In this document: positions 45,937-58,858 of the stretch, one piece after another
Layout: each line of letters starts with the position of its first letter
How positions within the stretch are numbered: the first letter of the stretch is position 1
Source of the DNA: Macrostomum lignano
Lineage: Eukaryota
Direction: 5' to 3'
NCBI GenBank assembly: GCA_002269645.1
Contig: NIVC01000486.1
Span: 372,001-436,000, forward strand
Length of the DNA: 64,000 nucleotides
Notes under the pieces: generated by a model
Told to the model about the DNA's origin: nothing
The model's input: the letters and a program-made list of their open reading frames with translations, nothing else
Databases searched by the model: none
Made by a program: the position numbers and the translations under genes

Positions 45937-48555
45937 GGCGTCATGTAAAAACCATAGAAGCGTCATGTAAACAATCGTAGAAGCGTCATGTAAAAAATCG
46001 TAGAAGCGTCATGTAAAGAATCGTAGAAGCGTCATGTAAAAAATCGTAGAAGCGTCATGCAAAGAATCGTAGAAGCGTCATGAAAAATCATAGAAGCGTC
46101 ATGTAAACAATCGTAGAAGCGTCATTTAAACAATCATAGAAGCGTCATGTAAACAATCATAGAAGCGTCATGTAAACAATCATAGAAGCGTCATGTAAAC
46201 AATCATAGAAGCGTCATGAAAAATCACAGAAGCGTCATGTAAAAGTCATAGAAGCGTCATGTAAACAATCATAGAAGCGTCATGTAAACAATCATAGAAG
46301 CATCATGTAAACAATCATAGAAGCGTCATGAAAAATCATAGAAGCGTCATGTAAACAATCATAGAAGCGTCATGTAAACAATCATAGAAGCGTCATACAA
46401 AAAATCATAGAAGCGTCATGTAAAAATCATAGAAGCGTCATGTAAAAATCATAGAAGCGTCATGTAAAAAATCATAGAAGCGTCATGTAAAAAAATCATA
46501 GAAGCGTCATGTAAAAAATCATAGAAGCGTCATATAAAAAATCATAGAAGCGTCATGTAAAAATCATAGATGCGTCATGTAAAAATCATAGAAGCGTCAT
46601 GTAAAAATCATAGAAGTGTCACGTAAAAAATCATAGAAGCGTCATGTAAAAGTCATAGAAGCGTCATGTAAACAATCATAGAAGCGTCATGTAAACAATC
46701 GTAGAAGCGTCATTTAAACAATCATAGAAGCGTCATGTAAACAATCATAGAAGCGTCATGTAAACAATCGTAGAAGCGTCATGTAAACAATCGTAGAAGC
46801 GTCATGTAAACAATCGTAGAAGCGTCCTACAAAAAATCATAGAAGCGTCATGTAAACAATCATAGAAGCGTCATGAAAAATCACAGAAGCGTCATGTAAA
46901 AGTCATAGAAGCGTCATGTAAACAGTCATAGAAGCGTCATGTAAACAATCATAGAAGCGTCATACAAAAAATCATAGAAGCGTCATGTAAACAATCATAG
47001 AAGCGTCATGAAAAATCATAGAAGCGTCATGTAAACAATCATAGAAGCGTAATGTAAACAATCATAGAAGCGTCATACAAAAAATCATAGAAGCGTCATG
47101 TAAAAATCATAGAAGCGTCATGTAAAAATCATAGAAGCGTCATGTAAAAAAATCATAGAAGCGTCATGTAAACAATCATAAAAGCGTCATGTAAACAATC
47201 ATAGAAGCGTCATGTAAACAATCATAAAAGCGTCATGTAAGAAATCGTAGAAGCGTCATTAAAAATCATAGAAGCGTCATGTAAACAATCATAAAAGCGT
47301 CATGTAAACAATCATACAAGCGTCATGTAAAAAAATCAGAGAAGCGTCATGTAAACAATCATAAAAGCGTCATTTAAAAATCATAGAAGCGTCATGTAAA
47401 AATCATAGAAGCGTCATGTAAAAAATTATAGAAGCGTCATGTAAACAATCATAGAAGCGTTATGTAAACAATCATAGAAGCGTCATGTAAACAATCATAG
47501 AAGTGTCATGTGAAAAATCGTAGAAGCGTCATTTTAAAATCATGGAAGCGTCATTTAAAAAATCATAGAAGCGTCATGTAAACAATCATAGAAGCGTCAT
47601 GTAAACAATCATAGAAGCGTCATGAAAAATCACAGAAGCGTCATGTAAAAGTCATAGAAGCGTCATGTAAACAATCATAGAAGCGTCATGTAAACAATCA
47701 TAGAAGCATCATGTAAACAATCATAGAAGCGTCATGAAAAATCATAGAAGCGTCATGTAAACAATCATAGAAGCGTCATGTAAACAATCATAGAAGCGTC
47801 ATACAAAAAATCATAGAAGCGTCATGTAAAAATCATAGAAGCGTCATGTAAAAATCATAGAAGCGTCATGTAAAAAATCATAGAAGCGTCATGTAAAAAA
47901 ATCATAGAAGCGTCATGTAAAAAATTATAGAAGCGTCATGTAAACAATCATAGAAGCGTTATGTAAACAATCATAGAAGCGTCATGTAAACAATCATAGA
48001 AGTGTCATGTGAAAAATCGTAGAAGCGTCATTTTAAAATCATGGAAGCGTCATTTAAAAAATCATAGAAGCGTCATGTAAAAAATCATAGAAGCGTCATG
48101 TAAAAAATCATAGGAGCGTCATGTAAACAATCATAGAAGCGTTATGTAAACAATCATAAAAGCGTCATGTAAACAATCATAGAAGCGTCATGTAAAAAAT
48201 CATAGAAGCGTCATGTAAACAATCATAAAAGCGTCATGTAAACAATCATACAAGCGTCATTTAAAAAATCGTAGAAGCGTCATATAAAAATCATAGAAGC
48301 GTCATGTAAAAATCATAGAAGCGTCATGTAAAAAATTATAGAAGCGTCATGTAAAAATCATAGAAGCGTCATGTAAAAATCATAGAAGCGTCATGTAAAC
48401 AATCATAGAAGCGTCATGTAAACAATCATAGAAGCGTCATATAAAAATCATAGAAGCGTCAAGAAAAAATCATTGAAGCCTCATTTAAAATCTAATGAAA
48501 GTGTCATTTAAAAAATTAAGAAGCATCATGGTAGAATAAAAGAAGCGTCATGTCA
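45937..48555 (+). repeat. 21-bp satellite (ATCATAGAAGCGTCATGTAAA), about 125 units, inside Helitron copy 1
   Basis: Direct reading; only about 6 units sit at the homologous site in copy 2 (50344-50470). Confidence 0.97.
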
Positions 48556-49393
48556 GACATGAAGGGTGTCATGTAAAAATTAAATGCAGCTATAATGCTG
48601 TGCTGGGGAGAAAAACTGAGACGTAAAGGCTCTCAGAGAATAACTGACATTACGGGGGGGGGTTCTGAGATGTCAAAGCAAAAGTCAGAAGCTACTTCAA
48701 AGTTCATGTACTTTACTCAATTTTTTTATTGCATTCTTTGTTGGCTCGCCACGGGGGGGGTCGCTGATAGAAGAAGAGTCATGTAAAAAATAAAAGTAGC
48801 ACTATGTATACATAAAGGAAAAGTCATGTCGAAGTTAAAAGATTCATTTGGGAATTGCTACGATGTCAAAGCTTGGTGGAAATCGTTATAGTGCTGTGAT
48901 TCTTAAAGAAGGAATCACTAAAATTTCAAGGCTTAGGGGAGAAGAATTGCTGAGATTTCAAGGCTTTAGGTTGGGTTAAAGTTAGGTTTAGGTCAGGTGT
49001 GGGTTGAGGGTTATATTTTATCGGGTTTCAAGGTTAACAGAATAACAGAAGATTTTTTAGATTTCAAGGTTTATGGGGGCCATCGCTGACATGTTAAGGC
49101 TTACGGGGGGAATAGCTGAGATGTCAAGGCTCACGGGGGTATAAATGAGATTTCAAGGCTAAAGCCAGAAGCTACATGTAGTTTATTGAAAACTTTTTAT
49201 TACATTATTTGATGCCTCCTCAGGGGAGGGATCGCTGATAAAAAAAGCGTAATGTAAAAAATAAAAGAAGCTTCATGTCGAAGTTAAGAGATTCATTTGG
49301 GAATCCCTACGATGTCGAGGCTTGCAGGGAATCGCTATAATGCTGTAATAGTGCTATAATGACTCTTAGAGAGAATTACTGAAATTTCAATGT

Positions 49394-49502
49394 TAGGTTA
49401 GGGTTAGGGTTAGGGTTAGGGCTAGGGTTAGGGTTAGGGTTAGGGTTAGGGTTAGGGTTAGGGCTAGGGTTAGGGTTAGGGTTAGGCTAGGGTTAGGGTT
49501 AG
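49394..49502 (+). repeat. Interstitial (TTAGGG)n tract inside the Helitron (shorter copy at 51322-51380)
   Basis: Direct reading of the sequence. Confidence 0.92.
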
Positions 49503-49723
49503 AAGGTTGACAGTTTTTAGATTTCCAAGGCTTTTTGGGGGCATTGCTGTGATGTCAAGGGGGGAAGTTGATAAGTTAAAGCTTGTGGGGGGTAAATTAC
49601 TGACATGTCAAGGCTTACAAGGTTTGACAGGAGATTTTTTAAGATTTCAAGGATACATGTAGCTTATTAAAAAAACGTGTATTGCATTTCTTTGGCTCCC
49701 CAACGGGGGGCGTAGATTGCTAG

Positions 49724-51603
49724 TCCTATATACTAAAAATGAAAATCTTGCTTGCTTGCTTGTAATCGATTACAGAAAAAATGGCTTAACCGATTTTCAT
49801 AAGACTTGCACTGTTCGATCAGAAATTTTCCCGTGACTGTACATGCATCGTGGCTAAGAAATTGCTCGATGCTAAAGGCATTAAATATTCGAAAAACATG
49901 CTTTTTTGCAAAGGTCAAGACAACTTTTCGACTTGAAATGCATTGTAAGAATGCTAGAGAAAAAACTGACTGGTTGAATTCTGATTCTGAAATAGATTGC
50001 ATCATAACTGAATTGTAACTCCGACTTGAATTGAAAATGCAGTGTGGAAGCGTAGCACCAGACTTGATTTAAATTGCGTAACCATATTGTTAACTGATAC
50101 TGACTGACTGAGAAACTGATTATGTCATAACTGCTTTGTGTGATTTACTCTATGCTTGGATTTTAAAGTGTTGAATTATATAAGTGCAAAATTTGATGTT
50201 ATCAAAACGATGAGAGCTAGCCTAGAGGTGTACAAACTGAACTGCTAAATGCAGTTTGGTTCGAATTGGTTCGAATTTTCATAAAGTATAATTTTTTTAA
50301 TTAAAGCTTTTCAACGTCAGGAAAACTAAAAGACTTTTTAAAAAGAAGCGTCATGTAAACAATCATAGAAGCGTCATGTAAAAAATCATAGAAATGCCAT
50401 GTAAAAAATCATAGAAGCGTCATGTAAAAAATCATAGAAGCGTCATGTAAAAAATCATAGAAGCGTCATGTCAGACATGAAGGGTGTCATGTAAAAAATT
50501 AAATGCAGCTATAATGCTGTGCTGGGAAGAAAAACTGAGACGTAAAGGCTCTCAGAGAATAACTGAGATTACGGGGGGGGGGGTTTCTGAGATGTCAAAG
50601 CAAAAGTCAGAAGCTACTTCAAAGTTCATGTACTTTACTCAATTTTTTTATTACATTTGTTGGCTCGCCACCGGGGGCGCTGATAGAAGAAGAGTCATGT
50701 AAAAAATAAAAGTAGCACTATGTATACATAAAAGAAAAGTCATGTCGAAGTTAAAAGATTCATTTGGGAATTGCTACGATGTCAAAGCTTGGTGGAAATC
50801 GTTATAATGCTGTGATTCTTAAAGAAGGAATCACTAAAATGTCAAGGCTTAGGGGAGAAGAATTGCTGAGATTTCAAGGCTTTAGGTTGGGTTAAAGTTA
50901 GGTTTAGGTCAGGTTTGGGTTGAGGGTTATATTTTATCGGGTTTCAAGGTTAACAGAATAACGGGATTTTTTAGATTTCAAGGTTTATGGGGGCCATCGC
51001 TGACATGTCAAGGCTTACGGGGGGAATAGCTGAGATGTCAAGGCTCACGGGGGTATAAATGAGATTTCAAGGCTAAAGTCAGAAGCTACATGTAGTTTAT
51101 TGAAAACTTTTTATTACATTATTTGATGCCTCCTCAGGGGAGGGATCGCTGATAAAAAAGCGTAATGTAAAAAATAAAAGAAGCTTCATGTCGAAGTTAA
51201 GAGATTCATTTGGGAATCCCTACGATGTCAAGGCTTGCAGGGAATCGCTATAATGCTGTAGTAGTGCTATAATGACTCTTAGAGAGAATTACTGAAATTT
51301 CAATGCTTTATTTCAATGCTTTAGGGTTAGGTTAGGGTAGGGTTAGGGTAGGGTTAGGGTTAGGCTAGGGTTAGGGTTAGAAAGTTGACAGATATTTTTA
51401 GATTTCCAAGGCTTATTGGGGGCATTGCTGAGATGTCAAGGGGGGAAGTTGATATGTTAAAGCTTGTGGGGGGGGAATTACTTACATGTCAAGGCTTACA
51501 AGGTTTGACAGGAGATTTTTTAAGATTTCAAGGATACATGTAGCTTATTAAAAAACGTGTATTGCATTTCTTTGGCTCCCCAACGGGGGGCGTAGATTGC
51601 TAG
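49724..51603 (+). mobile_element. Non-autonomous Helitron, copy 2, head-to-tail with copy 1
   Basis: Junction ...GATTGCTAG|TCCTATATAC. Same 3' hairpin + CTAG followed by T. Confidence 0.82.
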
Positions 51604-52108
51604 TTGACTCCTGAGATTCAATCCTTAAGGACCGTAAAGTTAGGATTGTGATATAGCACACAATTCTCTATCATCCTTAAACGATGGCGCAACACTCCTT
51701 GAACACACCCCCACTCCTAGGCTGCACTCCTTGCGAGAACTCCTAGCTCCTAGCTCCTAACTCCTGAAATCTATAGCACACAAAATTCAATCACTCCTTG
51801 TCAAGAGTACTCTTGAGTCCTAGCTCCTAACTCCTAACTCCTGATTCTATAGCACGGGCCCCAGTGCTTGCATAATAAGTGATTTTAGTCCTGGTGTGCA
51901 TTTCCGATGTACATCCAATATTCTTGGCTTTCTGTTTTTAATGTACGCAGTCTCAACTGCAGGGTCGCTGCTAAATATATAAATCGATCGCACAGAGCCT
52001 ACAGTGGATTGAGGCTTTATTCGGCTACACACAACACATAGCTTTCTCTCTCTCGGCTTCGCTCTCTACAGTGGCGTCGCAAGCCGCCTACCGCGTGGTA
52101 AACAAATC

Positions 52109-53467
52109 ATGGCAGCCAACTTTCTCTCACTGCCCCCACCTGAGCCATTTTCAGTATCAGCAGACCCACACAACGCGGGCAAGCGCTGGAGTCAATGGGC
52201 AGACCGCTTTGAAGACTTCATCGATGCATCAGGCATCACCAACGAGAAGCAAAAGTGCAAACTACTCAGCTACACAGCAGGCAAGGAAATCGCCGACATC
52301 ATCCGCGAGGAGGCCAAGCCTGCAGCGGCCACAGAGGACGGCCAAGTCACCCTCAAGCAGACGCTGGAAGCTTTGAAGACATTCTTCAACGGAAGAAAGA
52401 ACATAGTATTCGCCAGATATCAGTTCCGCCTATGCACCCAGGCCACCGGGGAGTCCATCGAGTCCTGGTACGCCAGACTGCGCACTGCGGCAGAGCCGAG
52501 CGACTTCGAGCAGCTGAAGGACTCGCTCATCAGAGACCAGCTCGTGGCAACCTGCAGCTCTGACAAGCTGCGCAGGCGGCTGCTTCAGGAGGTGAACATC
52601 AGCCTGGAAGAGGCCTTGCGAAAGGCGAGGGCATTCGAGGCTGCTGAGGAACAAGCCACCGAGATGGAGAAGACAGACTCGCACGTGGCCAGCGTTGCCA
52701 AGGGCGACAAGGTGAGAACAAACAGGTGTGGCCCGGCTCAGACGACCAGCAGGCCCGGCGACCAGCAGCAGCGCACCTGCTACCGCTGCGGCGAGAAAGG
52801 CCACGCTACCTGCGACGCTGCCAAGGGCAAGATCTGCCACAACTGCGGCAAGCCCAACCACCTCGCTCTTGCCTGCCGTCAGCCTCGGCAGTCAAACAGC
52901 AGCCGGATCCCACAGCAGCAAATCAGCACCAATGCTGTATTCACAGCTGCCGACGGCTCCGTCAACGAGGATGTGTTCGCGCTGTACAACCGCGACAAAT
53001 ACCCATCCGACGTCTCACTGACTGTGCAGGTGGCAAACCGGCAGCTTCCCATGATGATTGACAGCGGAGCCAGCTGCAGCATCATGAGTCTCGGCACCTT
53101 CAGAGCGCTCAGCCTGCCAAGCCCACGCCCAACAAGAGCCGAAGTTCGCGCCTACGGGGTACCGACACCTCTCAGGATTGTGGGTACCGCCGATCTTGAC
53201 ATCCAAGTGGGATCTGCCAGAACAACCGCGACCTTCCACATCATGGACGGCGACGGGCTGACGATACTAGGGCGTCAGCCCGCATTCAAGCTAGGAGTGC
53301 TGAAGATCCAGCGACCTGAAGCTACCAAGCCGCAAAACATAAACGCCATCGCCGACACCACACCCTCCGAGCAGTGTAGCGACCCCCAGCTCAAGGCCAT
53401 CCTGCAGAGGCACAAAGAAGTCTTCAACGGACGAGCTCAAGGCTTTGGAGGAGCAAGGCATCATTGA
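52109..53467 (+). CDS. Gypsy-2 gag-protease
   Basis: LPPPEPF..W..W...F, paired CCHC knuckles CYRCGEKGH..CHNCGKPNHLALAC, and protease IDSGASCS. Confidence 0.92.
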   Translation: MAANFLSLPPPEPFSVSADPHNAGKRWSQWADRFEDFIDASGITNEKQKCKLLSYTAGKEIADIIREEAKPAAATEDGQVTLKQTLEALKTFFNGRKNIVFARYQFRLCTQATGESIESWYARLRTAAEPSDFEQLKDSLIRDQLVATCSSDKLRRRLLQEVNISLEEALRKARAFEAAEEQATEMEKTDSHVASVAKGDKVRTNRCGPAQTTSRPGDQQQRTCYRCGEKGHATCDAAKGKICHNCGKPNHLALACRQPRQSNSSRIPQQQISTNAVFTAADGSVNEDVFALYNRDKYPSDVSLTVQVANRQLPMMIDSGASCSIMSLGTFRALSLPSPRPTRAEVRAYGVPTPLRIVGTADLDIQVGSARTTATFHIMDGDGLTILGRQPAFKLGVLKIQRPEATKPQNINAIADTTPSEQCSDPQLKAILQRHKEVFNGRAQGFGGARHH

Positions 53468-56400
53468 GGCAGTCAAAGGTCCTAGCGCCTGGGTGTCACG
53501 CATGGTGGTGGTGCCCAAGGGCGACGGTGGCGTTCGAATCTGCCAGGACCTCCGTGATCTCAACGCTTTCGTCATCCCAGAGAAGCAGCAAATCCCCACG
53601 CTGGACGAAATCACCGAGGAAATAGCAGACGCCAAGCTGTTCAGCGAACTCGATATCCGGAAGGCTTTTTATCAGATCCCAGTCCACGAGAGCAGCCGTC
53701 ACCTCTTCACCTTCAGCACGCCCCTCGGACTGATGCGGCTCAAGAGGTTCAGCATGGGGTTCACAAATGCCTCGGAAATCCTTCAACGAGTCATGCTTGG
53801 CATCCTCAGCGGCATCGACGGCGTCCGGTGGGCGCACGACGACGTGGTGGTATACGCCTCCGACCTGAAGCAGCACCATGAGAGGCTGGACGCCTGCCTT
53901 CAGCGCCTCCGAGAGTTCGGGATCACCATCAATCAGGACAAGTGCAGGTTCGCCCGACCGACTGTCGAGTTTCTCGGGATGCGCCTGACCGCCCGGGGCA
54001 TGCAACCGGCCACCGAGAAAATTGACGCCATGCAGAACTTCCGAGAGCCCTCCAACGTGGCCGACGCCCGCTCTTTCCTGGCAAAGTCATCCCAAACTTC
54101 GCTGACCTCGCGGCCCCACTCCGGCAGCTAACGAAGAAGGGCCAGGCCTGGGAGTGGACAGAAAAACACAAAGCGGCGTTCAACGGCATCAAGAAGGCAT
54201 TCTCAGACGCGGACACGCTGGCCTTTTTCGACCGCAGGCTGCACACGGAGCTCCTGGTGGACGCATCGCCGATCGGCCTCGGCGCCATCCTCACGCAGCG
54301 GCAGCCAGACGGCAACAGCAGACCCGTCGCCTACGCCAGCAGAGCCCTCTCGCCGGTGGAGCAGCGGTACGCGCAGATCGAGCGGGAGGCGTTGGCCATC
54401 AAATTTGGGTGTCTCAAGTTTGAGCACTATCTGGCTGGCGACCCAGACTTCACCGTGGTGACGGACCACCGACCGCTCGTGCCGCTTTTCAAGCCTGGCT
54501 CCCGTCCGCCACCGCGGATTGAGCGTATGGCACTGCGCATTCAGCATCTCCGCTTCAACCTGCTCTACCGGCCAGGCTCGACCAACCTGGCTGACCTGCT
54601 GAGTCGGCAGCCACTGCCAGAGCGGCGTCGGAATGTCGGTGAAGAGCTCGACGCCGCCTTCATCAACGCCGCGTCGACCGGGGCCGTGCCGAAGGGCTTC
54701 AGTCTCGACCAGGTTCGGGAAGCATCGCTCACCGACAGGGACGTCCAGGCGGCGCTGAACGCGATTCGAACCGGCCGCTGGGACATGCGAGCGGCGGCCC
54801 AGCGCTCCTTCAAGTCCATCAGCAGCGAACTGTCGGAAAGCGACGGAGTATTACTCCGCGGTGACCTCATCGTCATCCCCGAGTCGCTGCGCAGGCCGAT
54901 CCTTCAACTGGCGCACACCGGTCATCTGAGCGCCGACCGCACCCTTAAACGCCTGCAGACGAAGGTGTGGTGGCCTCGGATGCGCAGCGACTGCGAGCTC
55001 TTCGTCCAGTGCTGCACACTGTGCCAGGCTGCGGCCACCGGATTGCGACAGACACCATTGAGGCCGACAGATATTCCGGACGGTGCCTGGCTGCTGCTAG
55101 GTATGGATTTCTACGGCCCAGTGCAGGGCCAGATGCTCCTGGTCACCACCGACTTGTATTCAAAATACCCAGAAGTCAATTTTCTCAACTCGACGACGGC
55201 GGAGAGCGTGATCCCCCACCTGCGGAGGCTGTTCGGCAGATACGGCGTCCCGATTGAGGTGGTCACCGACAACGGCCCGCCATTCAGCTCGGCAGCTTTC
55301 CGCAGCTAATTCCTCGCTTCGTACGGCATTCAACACCGCCTCATCTGCCCGCTGCACCCAGAATCCAACGGAGCGACGGAGCGAGTCAACCGCAGCATCG
55401 GGAAAGTGATTCAGACGGCAGTGGCCGAAGGTCGTAACTGGCGGGAGGCTATCGAGGACTGGCTGTTGGCGTTCCGCACGACACCACATCGAGCGACCGG
55501 CCGCGCACCCGCTGAGCTACTCATGGGCAGGACGATGAACGACGGCATCCCGACCATCAAACCATCACAGCTCATCGACGTTAACCATGAAGAGGTGCAG
55601 AGCTGGCACAGAAACTATGTCCAAGACATGAAGGCGCGCTTCGATGATCGCAAGGGTGTCAAAGAGCACGGCGTCAGAGTCGGCAACAAAGTTCTGCGAA
55701 AGAAGCAACCACGTAACAAACTGCAGCTGCCGTTGGAGCCACATCCTTGGACAGTCAAGCAGGTCCAGGGAGACACGTGTGTCCTGCAACGCGGCGAACA
55801 GTCCTGCATGCGCCACGTCTCGCAGCTGCGGCCCCTGGTCGGAGACCCTGCCGGCCAACCTGCCGGAGAGCCTGCCGGCCAGCCTGCCGGCCAGCCTGCC
55901 GGCCAGCCTGCCGGCCAGCCTGCCGGCCAGCCTGCCGGCCAGCCTGCCGGCCAACCTGCCGGAGAGCCTGCCGGAGAGCCTGCCGGCCAACCTGCAGGAG
56001 AGCCTGCCGGCCAGCCTGCCGGAGAGCCTGCCGGCCAACCTGCCGGCCAGCCTGCCGGAGAGCCTGCCGGCCAGCCTGCCGGCCAACCTGCCGGAGAGCC
56101 TGCCGGCCAACCTGCAGGAGAGCCTGCCGGCCAGCCTGCCGGAGAGCCTGCCGGCCAGCCTGCCGGCCAGCCTGCCGGCCAGCCTGCCGGCCAGCCTGCC
56201 GGCCAGCCTGCCGGCCAACCTGCCGGAGAGCCTGCCGGCCAACCTGCCGGCCAGCCTGCCGGCCAACCTGCAGGAGAGCCTGCCGGCCAGCCTGCCGGCC
56301 AACCTGCCGGAGAGCCTGCCGGCCAGCCTGCCGGAGAGCCTGCCGGCCAGCCTGCCGGCCAACCTGCCGGAGAGCCTGCCGGCCAACCTGCAGGAGAGCC

Positions 56401-58858
56401 TGCCGGCCAGCCTGCCGGCCAACCTGCAGGAGAGCCTGCCGGCCAGCCTGCAGGAGAGCCTGCCGGCCAGCCTGCCGGCCAACCTGCCGGAGAGCCTGCC
56501 GGCCAGCCTGCCGGCCAGCCTGCCGGAGAGCCTGCCGGCCAACCTGCCGGCCAACCTGCCGGAGAGCCTGCCGGCCAACCTGCAGGAGAGCCTGCCGGCC
56601 AGCCTGCCGGCCAACCTGCCGGAGAGCCTGCCGGCCAACCTGCAGGAGAGCCTGCCGGCCAACCTGCCGGCCAGCCTGCCGGCCAACCTGCAGGAGAGCC
56701 TGCCGGCCAGCCTGCCGGAGAGCCTGCCGGCCAACCTGCAGGAGAGCCTGCCGGCCAGCCTGCCGGCCAACCTGCAGGAGAGCCTGCCGGCCAGCCTGCC
56801 GGAGAGCCTGCCGGCCAACCTGCCGGCCAGCCTGCCGGAGAGCCTGCCGGCCAACCTGCCGGCCAACCTGCCGGAGAGCCTGCCGGCCAACCTGCAGGAG
56901 AGCCTGCCGGCCAGCCTGCCGGAGAGCCTGCCGGCCAGCCTGCCGGCCAGCCTGCCGGAGAGCCTGCCGGCCAGCCTGCCGGCCAGCCTGCCGGCCAGCC
57001 TGCCGGCCAGCCTGCCGGCCAGCCTGCCGGCCAACCTGCCGGAGAGCCTGCCGGCCAACCTGCCGGCCAGCCTGCCGGCCAACCTGCAGGAGAGCCTGCC
57101 GGCCAGCCTGCCGGCCAACCTGCCGGAGAGCCTGCCGGCCAGCCTGCCGGAGAGCCTGCCGGCCAGCCTGCCGGCCAACCTGCCGGAGAGCCTGCCGGCC
57201 AACCTGCAGGAGAGCCTGCCGGCCAGCCTGCCGGCCAACCTGCAGGAGAGCCTGCCGGCCAGCCTGCAGGAGAGCCTGCCGGCCAGCCTGCCGGCCAACC
57301 TGCCGGAGAGCCTGCCGGCCAGCCTGCCGGCCAGCCTGCCGGAGAGCCTGCCGGCCAACCTGCCGGCCAACCTGCCGGAGAGCCTGCCGGCCAACCTGCA
57401 GGAGAGCCTGCCGGCCAGCCTGCCGGCCAACCTGCCGGAGAGCCTGCCGGCCAACCTGCAGGAGAGCCTGCCGGCCAACCTGCCGGCCAGCCTGCCGGCC
57501 AACCTGCAGGAGAGCCTGCCGGCCAGCCTGCCGGAGAGCCTGCCGGCCAACCTGCAGGAGAGCCTGCCGGCCAGCCTGCCGGCCAACCTGCAGGAGAGCC
57601 TGCCGGCCAGCCTGCCGGAGAGCCTGCCGGCCAACCTGCCGGCCAGCCTGCCGGAGAGCCTGCCGGCCAACCTGCCGGCCAACCTGCCGGAGAGCCTGCC
57701 GGCCAACCTGCAGGAGAGCCTGCCGGCCAGCCTGCCGGAGAGCCTGCCGGCCAGCCTGCCGGCCAACCTGCCGGAGAGCCTGCCGGCCAACCTGCCGGCC
57801 AGCCTGCCGGAGAGCCTGCCGGCCAACCTGCAGGAGAGCCTGCCGGCCAGCCTGCCGGCCAACCTGCCGGAGAGCCTGCCGGCCAACCTGCCGGAGAGCC
57901 TGCCGGCCAACCTGCCGGCCAGCCTGCCGGCCAACCTGCAGGAGAGCCTGCCGGCCAGCCTGCCGGCCAACCTGCCGGAGAGCCTGCCGGCCAACCTGCC
58001 GGAGAGCCTGCCGGCCAGCCTGCCGGCCAACCTGCCGGAGAGCCTGCCGGCCAACCTGCAGGAGAGCCTGCCGGCCAGCCTGCCGGCCAACCTGCAGGAG
58101 AGCCTGCCGGCCAGCCTGCCGGCCAACCTGCCGGAGAGCCTGCCGGCCAGCCTGCCGGAGAGCCTGCCGGCCAACCTGCCGGCCAACATGCCGGAGAGCC
58201 TGCCGGCCAACCTGCAGGAGAGCCTGCCGGCCAACCTGCCGGAGAGCCTGCCGGCCAACCTGCAGGAGAGCCTGCCGGCCAACCTGCCGGCCAGCCTGCC
58301 GGCCAACCTGCAGGAGAGCCTGCCGGCCAGCCTGCCGGCCAACCTGCCGGAGAGCCTGCCGGCCAGCCTGCCGGCCAACCTGCCGGAGAGCCTGCCGGCC
58401 AACCTGCAGGAGAGCCTGCCGGCCAAACTGCCGGCCAGCCTGCCGGCCAACCTGCAGGAGAGCCTGCCGGCCAGCCTGCCGGCCAACCTGCAGGAGAGCC
58501 TGCCGGCCAGCCTGCCGGCCAACCTGCAGGAGAGCCTGCCGGCCAGCCTGCCGGCCAGCCTGCCGGCCAACCTGCCGGAGAGCCTGCCGGCCAGCCTGCC
58601 GGAGAGCCTGCCGGCCAGCCTGCCGGCCAGCCTGCCGGCCAACCTGCCGGAGAGCCTGCCGGCCAACCTGCCGGAGAGCCTGCCGGCCAACCTGCAGGAG
58701 AGCCTGCCGGCCAACCTGCCGGAGAGCCTGCCGGCCAACCTGCAGGAGAGCCTGCCGGCCAACCTACCGGTCAGCCCGCCGGTCTACCCAGCGGTAGCAT
58801 CGCCACGCGAGAACACCAAAGAGCTGCCCGTAACAGAGTGCTCAGCTACAAATTGTGA
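53420..58858 (+). pseudogene. Gypsy-2 RT-RNase H-integrase with PAG(Q/E) tail; deletions near 53430 and 54085, in-frame TAA at 55307
   Basis: WVSRMVVVPK, RICQDLR, AHDD, VDAS, YAQIEREALA, DHRPL, H..H/C..C, GMDF, TDNGPPF, SNGATER. Confidence 0.92.
55849..58770 (+). repeat. 12-bp tandem repeat (CCTGCCGGCCAG and variants), about 244 units, in frame with the integrase
   Basis: Four unit variants encoding PAGQ/PAGE. Confidence 0.97.

Larger units (their letters stand above)
45317..49723 (+). mobile_element. Non-autonomous Helitron, copy 1 (satellite-expanded)
   Basis: 5' TCCTATATACTAAAAATG. 3' hairpin GCTCCCC-AAC-GGGGGGC followed by CTAG. Confidence 0.8.
44641..51861 (+). mobile_element. Non-autonomous PIF/Harbinger DNA transposon
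   Basis: TIRs GGGCCCGTGCTATAGAAT / ATTCTATAGCACGGGCCC, 3-bp TSD CAG, and subterminal CTCCTA(A/G) repeats. Confidence 0.9.

Noticed and set aside
45243-50702. Duplicated small ORFs (MMQSISES, MHCSIRNF, MLCWGEK)
   Set aside because: They lie in the non-coding Helitron body, have no recognisable domain and recur only because of the tandem duplication.
49394-51380. TTAGGG tracts as a chromosome end
   Set aside because: They are short, internal and duplicated within the two Helitron copies.
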